From Takakia lepidozioides (lineage: Eukaryota; Plantae; Bryophyta): a stretch of 64,000 bases of DNA. A program made the position numbers and the translations under genes. Each line of letters begins with the position of its first letter. Position 1 is the first letter of the stretch. Shown here piece after piece: positions 10,491-22,084 of this stretch. The notes below the pieces were generated by a model that was given only the letters and a program-made list of their open reading frames with translations, was not told the origin of the DNA and searched no databases. The DNA lies in assembly GCA_030704615.1 (NCBI GenBank), contig CM060734.1:50034001-50098000 (forward strand), given 5' to 3'.

Positions 10491-12807
10491 ATGCATTAAA
10501 AGCTTCCGTTTAAAGCCTCATGTGCGAGCAGCAGGATTTGAGCCCAGACGCGCCTGGGTGGCAATTAACCTGGGCCATCAATCTACTTAATGAAGGTAGC
10601 CGTTGCGGAGACAGTCGCACGGGTGTAGAGCGCACCTTTCGAGTTCGATCCCCGGTCGATGCCCGGGGAAGTGTTGAGGGTCCACCTGTTCCCGGTGTTC
10701 CCAAAGGGCGGGTCAGCAGGTCAGCCCGTGCGACGCTGGTACAGACAGAGATGCGAAATATATGGCCATAAGGGCGGGCTGTCCTGGCGAGGATAACTCC
10801 AGCGCGCCTTTTTTAGTTTCGCCATGAGCTGGAGTGTCCAGATTCGCCTCGCGCACTTATGGCGCCCCGGGGATGCACGGAGTTCCGCATCCATACCTCA
10901 CGCCTGTTCATCCATCCTTGTCCACCGGGGACTTTGCCCAATCGCATGCAGCCACTGAGGGTGTGACACGTGTTCGTCCGTACAAGATCACGAGGGTTTG
11001 GCCGGCTGGCCCATTAACGGGGCTGCCCGTACCGACTATAATATAGCTGCCAGAAGCGCGTGAGTTTGTTGGCCGACCTAACGAATGAACAGACTGCTTC
11101 ATTCATACACGTCTTCTTCATCTGGAATGGGGCATCATCCATTTGGACTTGGATGATTCTCATTCCTGGCTATCAAGCTGGCTTACTAGTGGGGATGTAT
11201 TTGTTGGCTCCTCCCTAAGGAGAGACCAGGCATGGATTGTTTTCTCTTGATGTACCCTCAACCCTTAACACTTGTTACCTATCTATCTGGTAAGGATCAT
11301 ACTTAAAGATAAATAGTCATTTCCCGATTTTTTGTTTGGATTGGGTGGACACCGTAATGGGCTGTACGAAATCAAGCCTACGATTATGCCAAAGTATATG
11401 GCGCCAGCACTGCATATTCCTTTTTAAGGGAATATGGAAACACCTCAGTGGGATCCGACAGCTCACAAATCCGGCCCCTTGATAGCGAGAGGAAAAAATA
11501 ACCTCTTTCGCAGTAACCTGGCCGTGAAGGCGTCCCAATGGGACACCCCCCAAAGGAGGGGGAGAAGAACATTTATCAGATCCAGATCCGATTTATCCCT
11601 TCTGTCCTATTATATTCAGCTTTTCAGATATATCCCTTTAGCTTCTAATTTCTCACAGTTATATCAAAATGACTTCCATTATATTCAGTTCCCTGCAGCT
11701 CTATTATATTCAGTTTCTGTGAGTTTTGTCACATTGAATTCTATCTTCATGTTTTTTCCTTGCATTTAAATTATTATTATTATTATCCAAGGTAAAAGCA
11801 AAAACTATTTTTATTTTTAATTTTCATATTTATTTTTTTATCCTTAGGGATTACTATCAGAGCTAACGATTCCAATTTTGAGTTTTAAATATTTTAAAAA
11901 ATCAATAAAATCGGGACCACCAACGCCAAGCCTTCCAGTTTTGTAATTAGGATGATGCCACTGCGCAACTAGCAGCTTGTTTATTTAGCTCGTGATAACT
12001 ACTATGAGAATCTACGTTGGCACTCCAAGTAACTGGTGTAGTATAACAAAAATACAAACAAAAAGATGGGGCATCATTTTTGGAGGTTTGAAATCAATAA
12101 CTTTTATTGAATATATAATACATTGCAATTCTTTTTCAAAGAGGGATTTCTTTTTTTGTCTGCTTGTTGTGGAATGTGTATTGGTTAGAGACGCTGACAC
12201 TATAATTTTAGGCTTGCTGGGGGGAGGAATCGTATTTCTTTCTTGTATTGATTAATGTTTTAGAGCTTAGGTTTCGTTTTCGGAAATTTGTGCGTAACTA
12301 TGTAGGTAGCACAAACACACACATCTGTCTAGACATTTTTAGGACAAACTCATTATAAGCGTTTTCCCTCCAAATTATCGGATAGTTCTTGTCCGATCAG
12401 TGTTTAAATTAGATAAATAATTTTGTGCTCCACATGTCACTTGTGCCCAATTGACGATATTATTGATGCAGAAATGGTGTGATATGAGTGAATGAGTGTA
12501 AGTGAATGAAGTAATATGAGCATGTGAACAAATGAATGGTGACAAGATGACGGATGGATAAAAAACCGAATGATTGTTCAATTCATACTCCAAAAACAGG
12601 TTGAATCCAAAAACCTCGGGTCAATATCTAAGGCAACCTCACCATCCCACCAGGCTGGGAGCTCCTTTAGTGCCCGTCATTCCCCGGCAGAGGGCGAGGA
12701 GTCTGAAGTAAATTGGCGGCACCGCCGCTCTCTTAGGAAAACTAGAGCTAGAAACGCATCTCTCTTTTGAAACACACAAGAGGAAGCATGGTAGCTACTG
12801 ACTCTTA

Positions 12808-13232
12808 CAGCCGGGTTCCATGGGCGGCTGCAAGCAAAACACCCCCCCCCGCCCCCCATAGAATCACCCCAGGATTACCGAGGCGGGAGTGGTCGAAATA
12901 TGCCCTAAGGGGCGCCCCCACTGATTCGCCCCTTGCTTAGGGGCGCAAAAAAGACGTCCCTTCACAAGGGGCGAGGCTCCCCTAACTGACACCTTTGTCT
13001 TTTCCTACGGCGGGCCCGCAGCCTTACGGAATAATATTGATTTCCATCCAAAACTTGATTTTTGACATTTACATCCAAAACTTATATTAACTATCAATTA
13101 TTATGTCATGGGCCCATAGCAATTGGTGCCAAAGATTTCTAGAGGGGTGAATAGAAAAGTGTCCATGGAATCACCCCCTCTCATTTTTAAGGGGGTGGGG
13201 GGCCATTTGGGAGTGCCCATGGAACCCGGCCC
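12808..13232. mobile_element. Tourist-like (PIF/Harbinger) MITE, 425 bp
   Basis: TIRs cagCCGGGTTCCATGGGC / GCCCATGGAACCCGGccc, flanked by TTA on both sides (12805-12807 and 13233-13235). Confidence 0.8.
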
Positions 13233-14425
13233 TTAGTGGCGATCTGGTTTCCTGTCGCTTCATCCTCGGTTTTACAATCTGCATTCTGGCTTCCTTTCAA
13301 CATCATCCTCATCCTCTTCCCTTTATAGCTTTGGTCGCGAAGCGGTGTCTTCCTCTATGCCACCCAATCCAGAGGTTATTTTTTCCTCATTGTACTCCGT
13401 GGGCTTTTAGTCCCTTTGCTATAAATGTTCAGGGCTTCCATCCCCTTTCTTTAAGATAAAATTTTATTTATTTTTCAGAAAAAAAAATCTCGCCCAATTC
13501 CGTTAGCCCACCTACCCTAATCGCAGGTCAGATTCGGAAAAAATTAATTCAAAATGTGGATGCCTAATAATTTTTCAAAAATGAGGAATGGAATGTTGAA
13601 ATCCTATAATTTTAAAATTAAAAAAAAACCTAAAATTCAGAAAATTCACGATTTTTATTAGTTTTAATTTTGATTTATTTTAAGACAGAAACGGCATCGA
13701 GGTTGGCCCATAATTTGAATTAGGGGATACGAGGAAAAAACAACTTTGAAGAGCCATAAGACCCATTTACAAAGATGGGGATTCGTCCCCCATTTGACCA
13801 ATCATTGACCGAACAAAGATTAAATACGAGGAAGGCAAAGAGCCAACAAAATGTGTGAACAAGCATGATTATACTGCCAGCTGCTAAGATACGCGGCTCA
13901 CATTGTGAGGCAGCATATCCTAAACCACAAAATGAAGAGATGCAGGTAAGAGAAAGTAGGATAGTTGTAATTGAATGAAGGCACAAGTTAGAGCCAAAAC
14001 TCATCAGCTGGATCAAGCGATCCTAAGAGTTCCACGTAATGCCAGAGCAAACAGTAGAGCCTAAACTACAGAATTCCGTGGCTCTTGGTTTCGAAATCAA
14101 GTCCATACTGTGCCCTAGATCAATTCAATCAGGTCATTGTATCATCTTTAGGTCTGACATCATTAACGGTTTATAGGTTCTCAAAATTCTAGGGCAAGCT
14201 CATTAGACGCCAGAAAATAGAGGGTCGTCGAGGTTCCTGTGATTTTCCATGTTTCGCAATTTCGGTAGATTATTACCGGATTTGCCCTACAGATGCAGTA
14301 TAACGGTCACCTATAAAAACCCCATTTCCAACATCTAATCGTTCAAAATCCATCAAATCACGATGTCACATGATTCGCACAAAACTACCATTGGATGGAG
14401 AATTGTAGATGGAAATTTTGAATAG

Positions 14426-14478
14426 GGTGAGTCTACTAATGTGAGTAGGTGAGCCTACTAATGTGAATAGGTGAGTCA
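14426..14478. repeat. 22-bp tandem repeat, about 2.4 copies
   Basis: Unit GGTGAG(T/C)CTACTAATGTGA(G/A)TA. Confidence 0.75.
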
Positions 14479-15149
14479 ACCAGGTAAAAATTCATAACAA
14501 TTCATAGAATTAAGAATTTTTTTGGGATGGGGTTCCGAATTACCAATCCACAGTTACAAATGCCAACCGACATTGCACAAACAGGGGGGGGAAAAAAAAA
14601 TCTCTTGTAAAAAACAAAAATGTTCTTTTTACTTATTCCATCAATTTTGGGTAAGGTTATTTTTTTCTGAAACCCTCGTCAAACTTTGACCCTAGGACAC
14701 GATAAATTCCATACCTACATGGGTTTTGACCCACTGTAAAAGTGATTGTGGAACATCCAAGTCACCCACCTACCAGCAGAAGAAGAAGAAATGGACCATA
14801 CATAATCAATAAATTGTAATGTTTGTTTGAGCTATAAATATGTTTGTTGGAGTGGAGTGGAAAAATGTCTATATCCACATCATTTTTATGCTCTGGAAAA
14901 AGGGTTTTCAGTTTGTAGTTGCGAGGTTTCTCTTCTTTCGGTTAGACTCTTGAATTATGTTGCCTTTACATAATGTACCCACCTCCCTTGAAATTTTCAA
15001 TTTTTTTTCTTATTTTTATATGTAGATGTTGGTGTTTAGTGACATGTAGGGGGTTAGTTTAGAGATTTGTAGTTGGACAAACAACTATTACTACAAAAAA
15101 TGTGGTACAAAACAATATGGTCATTTGCTCGAGTCCCCATAATATATAT

Positions 15150-15575
15150 ATGATGCAAAGCCAATCCCTGGTGAATTTGTTCATAAAGAAAACTGACATA
15201 TTTAGCCCAATAAGACTTGATTAGATTTGGTTCTTCAAACCCACGTAAAGATGTACCCCAATGAAAGCCCGAAATTTAGGAACATCCAAATTCTGCTATG
15301 TTGACCTTACTCTAATCCTACCATTATATCACTACTCCATTTAGGGAGATTAGTGTGGCCAACCACTCGGCACCAAATTTGGAACAACAACAACCATCAC
15401 TTCACATTCTATGGGTGTCAAATTGTAAATCATGAAAACTTGTCACTTTTTAGATGCGACCTCCACCGTGGTTCTCCAATGTGATGCCCTAGTCATCGTT
15501 TTTGTTTCTTTCATCGCATAGTAACTCCAACGCATAGGGCCCAACCATTTGAAAAACGACACCATAACCTTTGTT
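15150..15575 (-). pseudogene. Probable N-terminal part of the same piggyBac transposase, inverted
   Basis: The - strand reads ELLCDE..., LDVPKFRAFIGVHLYVGLK, IKSYWAK, resembling piggyBac (ETN...ELKAFIGxxxxMG...YWS). Confidence 0.55.
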
Positions 15576-15604
15576 TTTTATCTATTTTTCCATTACATAG
15601 TATC

Positions 15605-16235
15605 TACAACCCACTGTGTGTAGACAAAGTGATAGTGAAGTACAAAGGTAAGTACTTTAAACTACAACAGCACATGAGCAAGGAATAAACTTGTCAAGTG
15701 GGGAATTAAAATATGGTGTTTGGTTGGAGCTATTTCAAAATACGTACATAAAAATGGAGGTCTACCTCGGTAAGGAAGAAGATGTGGACTTAGCACATGA
15801 CATGGGCTATTCTGTGGTAACTTGTTGTCTAGATTCTAGGGGAATTAGGACCACATTGTCACAATGGACAATTTTTTGTCTAGTCTCGTGCTTTTATATG
15901 GCCTTGCTGCAATTAACATCTACCCTACTAACTTAGCACTGTTAAGATAGTGCATGTGGGATTTTCTGCATGTTTGGACTTGGAAGAAAAGAGGAGCTGA
16001 AAAAATGGCAGACTTATGTATCGCATGCACATACATAATAATGTGGTTGCATTGTCTTGGTTTGACTACAACAAATGCATAAATCTTTTGATCAATATTG
16101 TAAGTTCAATGACTAAGAATTGTTTTATTGAAAGGTGACAGAGTGCAATGGTGCCCTACATCTAGTCCCCACCTCCACCATTGTGAAGTATTATCAGCAA
16201 CACATGAGAGGGTTGACGTGCAAGACCCAATGGTA
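15605..16235 (+). pseudogene. Decayed piggyBac (PGBD/DDE_Tnp_1_7) transposase, catalytic core
   Basis: Frameshifted segments in correct order: LCVDKVIVKYKGK, NKLVKWGIKIWCL, MEVYLGK, HIVTMDNFLSS, VVALSWFD, VPTSTIVKYYQQHMRG-DVQD. These correspond to piggyBac IDE / KWGIK / DNFF / YNxxMGGVD motifs. Confidence 0.8.
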
Positions 16236-16736
16236 TATCGAGCCAAAACTTACTTAACATACAAAAATATAAAACAATAAAACATAATACAACAATATAA
16301 CCTAACAAAAATGACTAGCTGCGAATAGAAAAATTGGTTCCGATATGTACATACAACAAATTTGGCACACATACAATTGGTAGTCCCTGTTGCTACCACA
16401 GCAACAATGTATACACACACCTTAGCCCAAGATTTACCAATGCATGAGTGGGAACTGAACCCATATGCTCCCCTAAGTGACAGCTCATACATGAAGGGAG
16501 AAAATCCACCCTTGTGTGCATCCCTATTTGTTAACACCTATCTAGGACCATACAAAACAAGTAAACAGGGCTGCATCTAACTTTAGAAAAATGCTAGCTT
16601 TAGAAGTAAACTCCAAGTGGTTTATCTTCACTACAATAAGATAGGCACAATTCCATGAGGACTTGAAGCTACAAAGAGATTCCACATTTCTACCTACATC
16701 CTAAGACTTGCCTTCAAACAAAGCAAAAGTGTAAAC

Positions 16737-17154
16737 CACTGTTGGGCAGATATAGAGTGATCCAGATATCAAAATCCGGATATCAATCCGGATTCCAGTG
16801 TATCCGGATCCGGCAGCTATTTGATATCCGGCGGATATATAAAACAGAGGATCCGGATAGGATCCTACCCGCCGGATATAAAAAGGATTAATAACCGGAT
16901 AGTATCCGGATATGTATTAAAAATACCGGATCTCAACCGGATATAAGAAAATAAATAAAATATTACTATTTTATTTATAATTATAATGATTTAAATTGAT
17001 TAAATGAAAAATTTAAAATATGTTATTTTCTATGCTTCAGATATTAGAAATGCAGATTACTGTAATATCCGAATCCGCTGGATATATCATTCTCTAATTT
17101 GTCAAGTATCCGGACCCGGCGGATATTAAAAAAGCTAAGAACCGCCCAACACTG
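16737..17154. mobile_element. hAT-type MITE, 418 bp
   Basis: TIRs CACTGTTGGGCAG / CCGCCCAACACTG, 8-bp TSD GTGTAAAC / GTATAAAC (7 of 8), and many subterminal ATCCGG/CCGGAT motifs around an AT-rich core. Confidence 0.85.
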
Positions 17155-17511
17155 GTATAAACCCACCTACACCTAATGTAATCAAAACTAGTAGTTCATG
17201 CTAAACTATGTATGGATTTTTTGTGCAGTGCTCTTTGTTTTCTATTTCTGCAATCCTTAGGTGTATGTTGAAGCTGTCACATACATAGAAATCCCCAACG
17301 TACCTTGCTTCAATTTTGCAAAATACAGTTTGCATTGGCAAAAAAAGCTTCAAACCACCAAAATCATTAAATATTAAAATAACCTATGATCAAGTGGCAA
17401 CACCTCAAAATTTGGCCAAATAGCCCAAAATTGTTTTGTTGGATAGGGGATGAAGTAGCCGGGAAAGCATGCCATTCCGTTTTCATCCCGTAAGGAAAAA
17501 TTATAAAACAT

Positions 17512-18050
17512 ATGTTGGAACTGGTGCATTACTTGCTGAAGTTAGCGCAAGGGAGGGATGTACATGTGGTTGAATTTGTGGAGGCAGTGAAACAATGGCA
17601 GGCTGACATGTTGAAGCTTTACCATGCAGAAAAGGTGAAGTTCAAGGATAATGTACTTTGAGTCTTCAACAACCTAATCTCATTTCGGAGTGAAACCTTA
17701 CCATTGGTTTGGATACCCGATCCTAATCTTACGAATACTGAAACAGTGTGGTGTGGTATGCGTGTGGCTGGGCAGAATGCATTTACGCACGTAATGAATG
17801 GGCAGACTCGTGAGCCTGTGAATGTGGGCCCTGCTATGTGGGAGAGAATCTTGGAGTCTGTGAAAAATTAGTGTTCAGATGTTGCTTCTAGTCTTTCCCT
17901 TGAATTGTAGAAAAGGTTTCCAGACCATGAGCTTATAAATACCAAGGGAATAGTTTATCCTCACTATTGGGTGAAACATGATGCAGAAGCTAATTTTCAC
18001 CATCATTTTACTGTCATCAAGACACACTTTGGGTACTCTAAGAAGGTTGG
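17512..18050 (+). pseudogene. hAT (ZNF862/C17orf113-like) transposase relic, C-terminal half
   Basis: LELVHYLLKLAQGRDVHVVEFVEAVK...KRFPDHELINTKGIVYPHYW...HFTVIKTHFG with in-frame stops. Family assigned from recalled bryophyte hAT sequences. Confidence 0.65.
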
Positions 18051-18767
18051 GTCAATAGAAGTGTGGTGTGTACCACGTGATTGCAAGCTAGAGTGGCCAA
18101 AAATGGCAGATCATGAATACATAATGAGTACATAAATGAGGATGTGGCAAATCCTCAACCATCGGATTTGCTTCAACTGAAAATCTTGACCGTCTATTAT
18201 TGATTGTTAAAACCAAGATTTTCAAATTGCGATAGTTTCAACTCACAAATGTTTTATTCAATTTGATCCTACCCACCGTGGGTCTATGGTAGATACATGT
18301 CTAACGAAGAAATTTTTGTTATTGTAAAAAAAATTATTAATAAAGGACTTCATGAAAATAGCTATTTTCAGGCTCAAGATAATACATAATTTTTTTTAAC
18401 TTCATAGTTAAATTGACTAATTGTTTTCATTCCACATTCATCATCCTTCAAAGCACAATAGGATGAGTCATTTTCTTAATCTTGGTTTGAATCCTATATA
18501 CAAAAATTCCATAACATCTTTTTTTATGGAATGTGAAAATTTCTTATGGACTTTTTAAAAGTTCATAACATCATCTAGAGATTCCGGTTTTTGGTAATGA
18601 GATTTAAAAGTGTGAAAGTATATGTAGGTGAGTCTTTATATTTTAGTCCATTTTTAGTAATAGTAGTGTAATGTAGGAGTGCAATAATTTATCACTATTC
18701 TATGTCCGAAGAAAACAGTGTTGTGACAGGGAAAAATGGACAATGTAGGTTGCAATCACCCACCATT

Positions 18768-19010
18768 ACTGGAGTTGTTAGAGCAGCAAAGTTTATTTCG
18801 ATATCAGCAGATAAGGTTACATGTTTTGACAACTCTTTGTGAAGTTCTATTCATGCTTTTGTAGTTGATAACTACAGAAGAACCCCAGTTCTACTTATCC
18901 TTGATGCGTACTTGGAGTGCAACAGCAGCTCAGATCTTATTAAGAGCAGTCATGCTTTTTGGAAATCTCAATGAAGAGGCAGTGGGTCAGAAGTTGGTTT
19001 CGTTTTGGCC
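18768..19010 (+). pseudogene. hAT transposase relic, first catalytic Asp region
   Basis: AKFISISADKVTCFDN..SIHAFVVDNYRRTPVLL...GNLNEEAVGQKLVSF, matching the FSISxDExT...KLxxFGxDG pattern. Confidence 0.65.
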
Positions 19011-22000
19011 CAGGAAGTTGGTCTGGTTCTAGGAATGAAATTTGGGGCATCGATTGGGATACTTTTCTAGGTGCAGCGGGTACAACTCATCCCTGAAAAG
19101 TTTGATGGTGATACCATATTTGAAATTCCGCCACCCACAATTTTTGATGGTGTCGCGGGTATTATGTAGGGCATGGATGTAGAACGAAGACCTCCAATAT
19201 TCAGAACAACCTTGATTTAAAATTTAAGAGGACGACAGTGATATGTCTCCAAAGACGGATTGAATCAATCTGATTTCAAGCATAACTTAGCAAATGTATA
19301 CATGCAAATATGTGAGATGAAGATACATACAACTGTCATCACTGCAGTCGTACTAGGCATAGTGCAGTCTCCTTCAATTTTTTTTTTGTTGTCGGTTCTA
19401 TTTCAAGGGCACACTTTCTACCAATATGAATTTCAAATTTTACACGGTTTTAGGTCCCTTAGGTAGAGATTCTCTTTCTAGTGCCACATACTATGTACGT
19501 TCATGCCGCGTGATGGCCCGTATGCGTGCGAGATGCAACTCTCCTACAAATGGCCCAACCCACCTTAACAAATGTATTTTTGCTAGCGCATAGAGCTTAT
19601 AAATATGGTAGAGGAACGGGTCGTGGTCGTGGTCATGATAGAGTTTGGTAAGGAGACATAACAAAGTGGTACTCCTAAGTAACAACAAGCACCTCAAAGT
19701 GGTCAAGGCAACAAAGGTTCAAATGGTCCGTTCAATTGCAGAGGTCCATGCCTTCATTTTCAAGCTAGAAACAGTTGGGTTTGACATGTTGGGATTATGG
19801 AAGACCCCATATTAAGAAATGATTGTCAAGGGAGACGCAAAAGGTCGGCATAGGTATAACCTACATAGTTGTAGTGTAGGCATTGTAGCAAGTATGTGCA
19901 TGAGGTGGCCCATTCTTAGGCAAGATACAATGAATGCCAAATAAGACCTCCAAATCTAATAACCTTCAGATATTAGTATGAGTTGTTGTGTTCTTGCCTC
20001 TGTTGGCCCACCTCTGCATCACCAATGGTTCATAGTCTTGACGAATTCTCTTTGTTGGGGATAACATTGATAGTAAGCTTGACAGCCAAACACATCTATT
20101 TCAAAGCACGATGAAACACAATGTCTGTAATGTTGCAAGATAAAAACCTTAGAGTGCAACCCTTTGCGCCGTCTTTGGTTGCAACTGACAAGTTCACAAA
20201 CAAGATTAGGGAGTATTTCAATTTAGCAGAGATAGCCGTGGTTCAAGTCATTTGGTTGTGTAGAAGATGAAAGATGTGTGAGTATAGTAAGCTTCATGAA
20301 GAGCAAGCTCCGCATCGACTCATACTCACCATCGCTAGCTTTAAAGAGAAGAAAATTCGCTCTGGCATGGATGCATGCGTAGGCGCCGAGCATGTGTTCT
20401 AGATAAGTTCTGTGGCTTTTTGCATTAGAGTATGCCTTTGCTGCTTACATCTACAGTAGTCGAGGCTTAATCAGATCATTCTACAGTTTTCCATATGCTT
20501 TAGCCTCCAATGATGCAATCCTAAGATGTTCTCTGTTTAACTGTTAATTTGAATTTGTGTAATCGCACATAGAACCAGGCATGTTTGTCACAACATGTAA
20601 ATATTGTTGAGAATGGTCATATGCATTCCTCCATTCGATTGATCAGAATATGTGAAAGTTTGGGGTACTGATATCACACCTATGATTTGATGTTGTATTG
20701 TGAGAAGTTACCATTGCACCTCACAAAGGGCCACTGCCTCTGTTGGTAAAGATTTTTACATAGTGCCTTCAGTTGAAAAATGACATTCTTTTTCTAATGT
20801 TTACATGTGTAGAGTTTCTTGTCTTGAAAGTGGTTAGAGCTATTGCTTAAGTCAACTGTCAAGTTCCTGCCCAATAGCATACAAGGAATTACATATCATA
20901 ATGGTAATTATCAGGACACCTCGAAAATCAATTTAATTAAACCATGTGGAAAGTGGAATAATATGCAGGTATTTGACGCAAGAATTGTCACATGTGGTTC
21001 TAAAAGGAGATGGGAGTCATTATGGGGCTGTCGTTTACTGATCGAGCAAACTTGTCTCAAGAGATTCAGTATTAAAAAAGGAAAACTAGGGGTGGACTTA
21101 GTTGCGTGCCAAGAACTTTCAAAGAAGCGAGGCAAGTTGTGTACCGGTGGAATGTTGTCCAACTGACTTTAGCTAGGGGAAGGCCCTTGTCTGACAGGTA
21201 AAGTAACTCATATTTGTAGACGCGGGCTTCGATGGGAACGGTCTCTCTCTTTAGAGCAAGCTCATGCTCATAGTATCAATCTCTATAATGTGGGAGAAAC
21301 ACTTGGCAAGGTATACTTTGGTCTCAATGTTCACATTCGAGTTCTGTAGCCTGTTGTGTTCATGCTATTGCTGCTTGACTTTACCACCTAGCCACTCTAG
21401 GTCCCAAAATGCACTACCGATAGCCAAACGGGCTACGCTGAAATTCCTGAATTAGCCACGTTATACCTAGCAAAATAAATTGCAATCACCATATGTTGGT
21501 GTTTGAATTCTAGCCAATCCCCTGAACTTGTGTAGATCTTAGCAGTTTTAGTAACAAATAAAAAGGTGGCCAGTGGTGCAGATTTTGTAGTCACGGAGTG
21601 GAAGAAGCTGTAGGCCTTTAGGGGTTAAGGGTTCCTCTGTTGGACATGGGCCTCTTTGGCCTTGGAGTTTCTTTCTTAGGTTTCTGTCTCTTTAGAACGT
21701 CCAGAAGCCTTTTGTTTTTCTTACTTCTAGTCTGGAAGGCCTCAGAAAGCACTCAAAATTTAAAGATTCGAAAAATAACAGCCATTTGATGAACATGGTC
21801 CATTGGAGACCAGCATTACATGCAGAGTGGCTTTCTATATTCCACATGACCTTATCACAGTAGACATGCAACTAAAACTTGTTACCCTTGCATTCATCAG
21901 TCATCAGAGGAACATGGCCTGTGCAACAGCAAAAGGGTTTGGAGGGGTAAGGTTCTAATCTTGGTGTACTTTGAACTTGTGGGCCTTTCATTATGCTCGC

Positions 22001-22084
22001 CATGACGACCTCCGCCATGTAACAATGACATTCTGTAGGCACAATTATGGATGATGAAAGAACATTAAAAGACACACTACCGTT

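Noticed and set aside
10625-10660. tRNA gene suggested by GAGTTCGATCCC
   Set aside because: No acceptor, D or anticodon stems at tRNA spacing.
10925-10937. RNase MRP/P CR-I-like AAAGTCCCCGG on the - strand
   Set aside because: The CR-V-like ACGGGGCT (about 11018) is on the opposite strand, so P4 cannot form.
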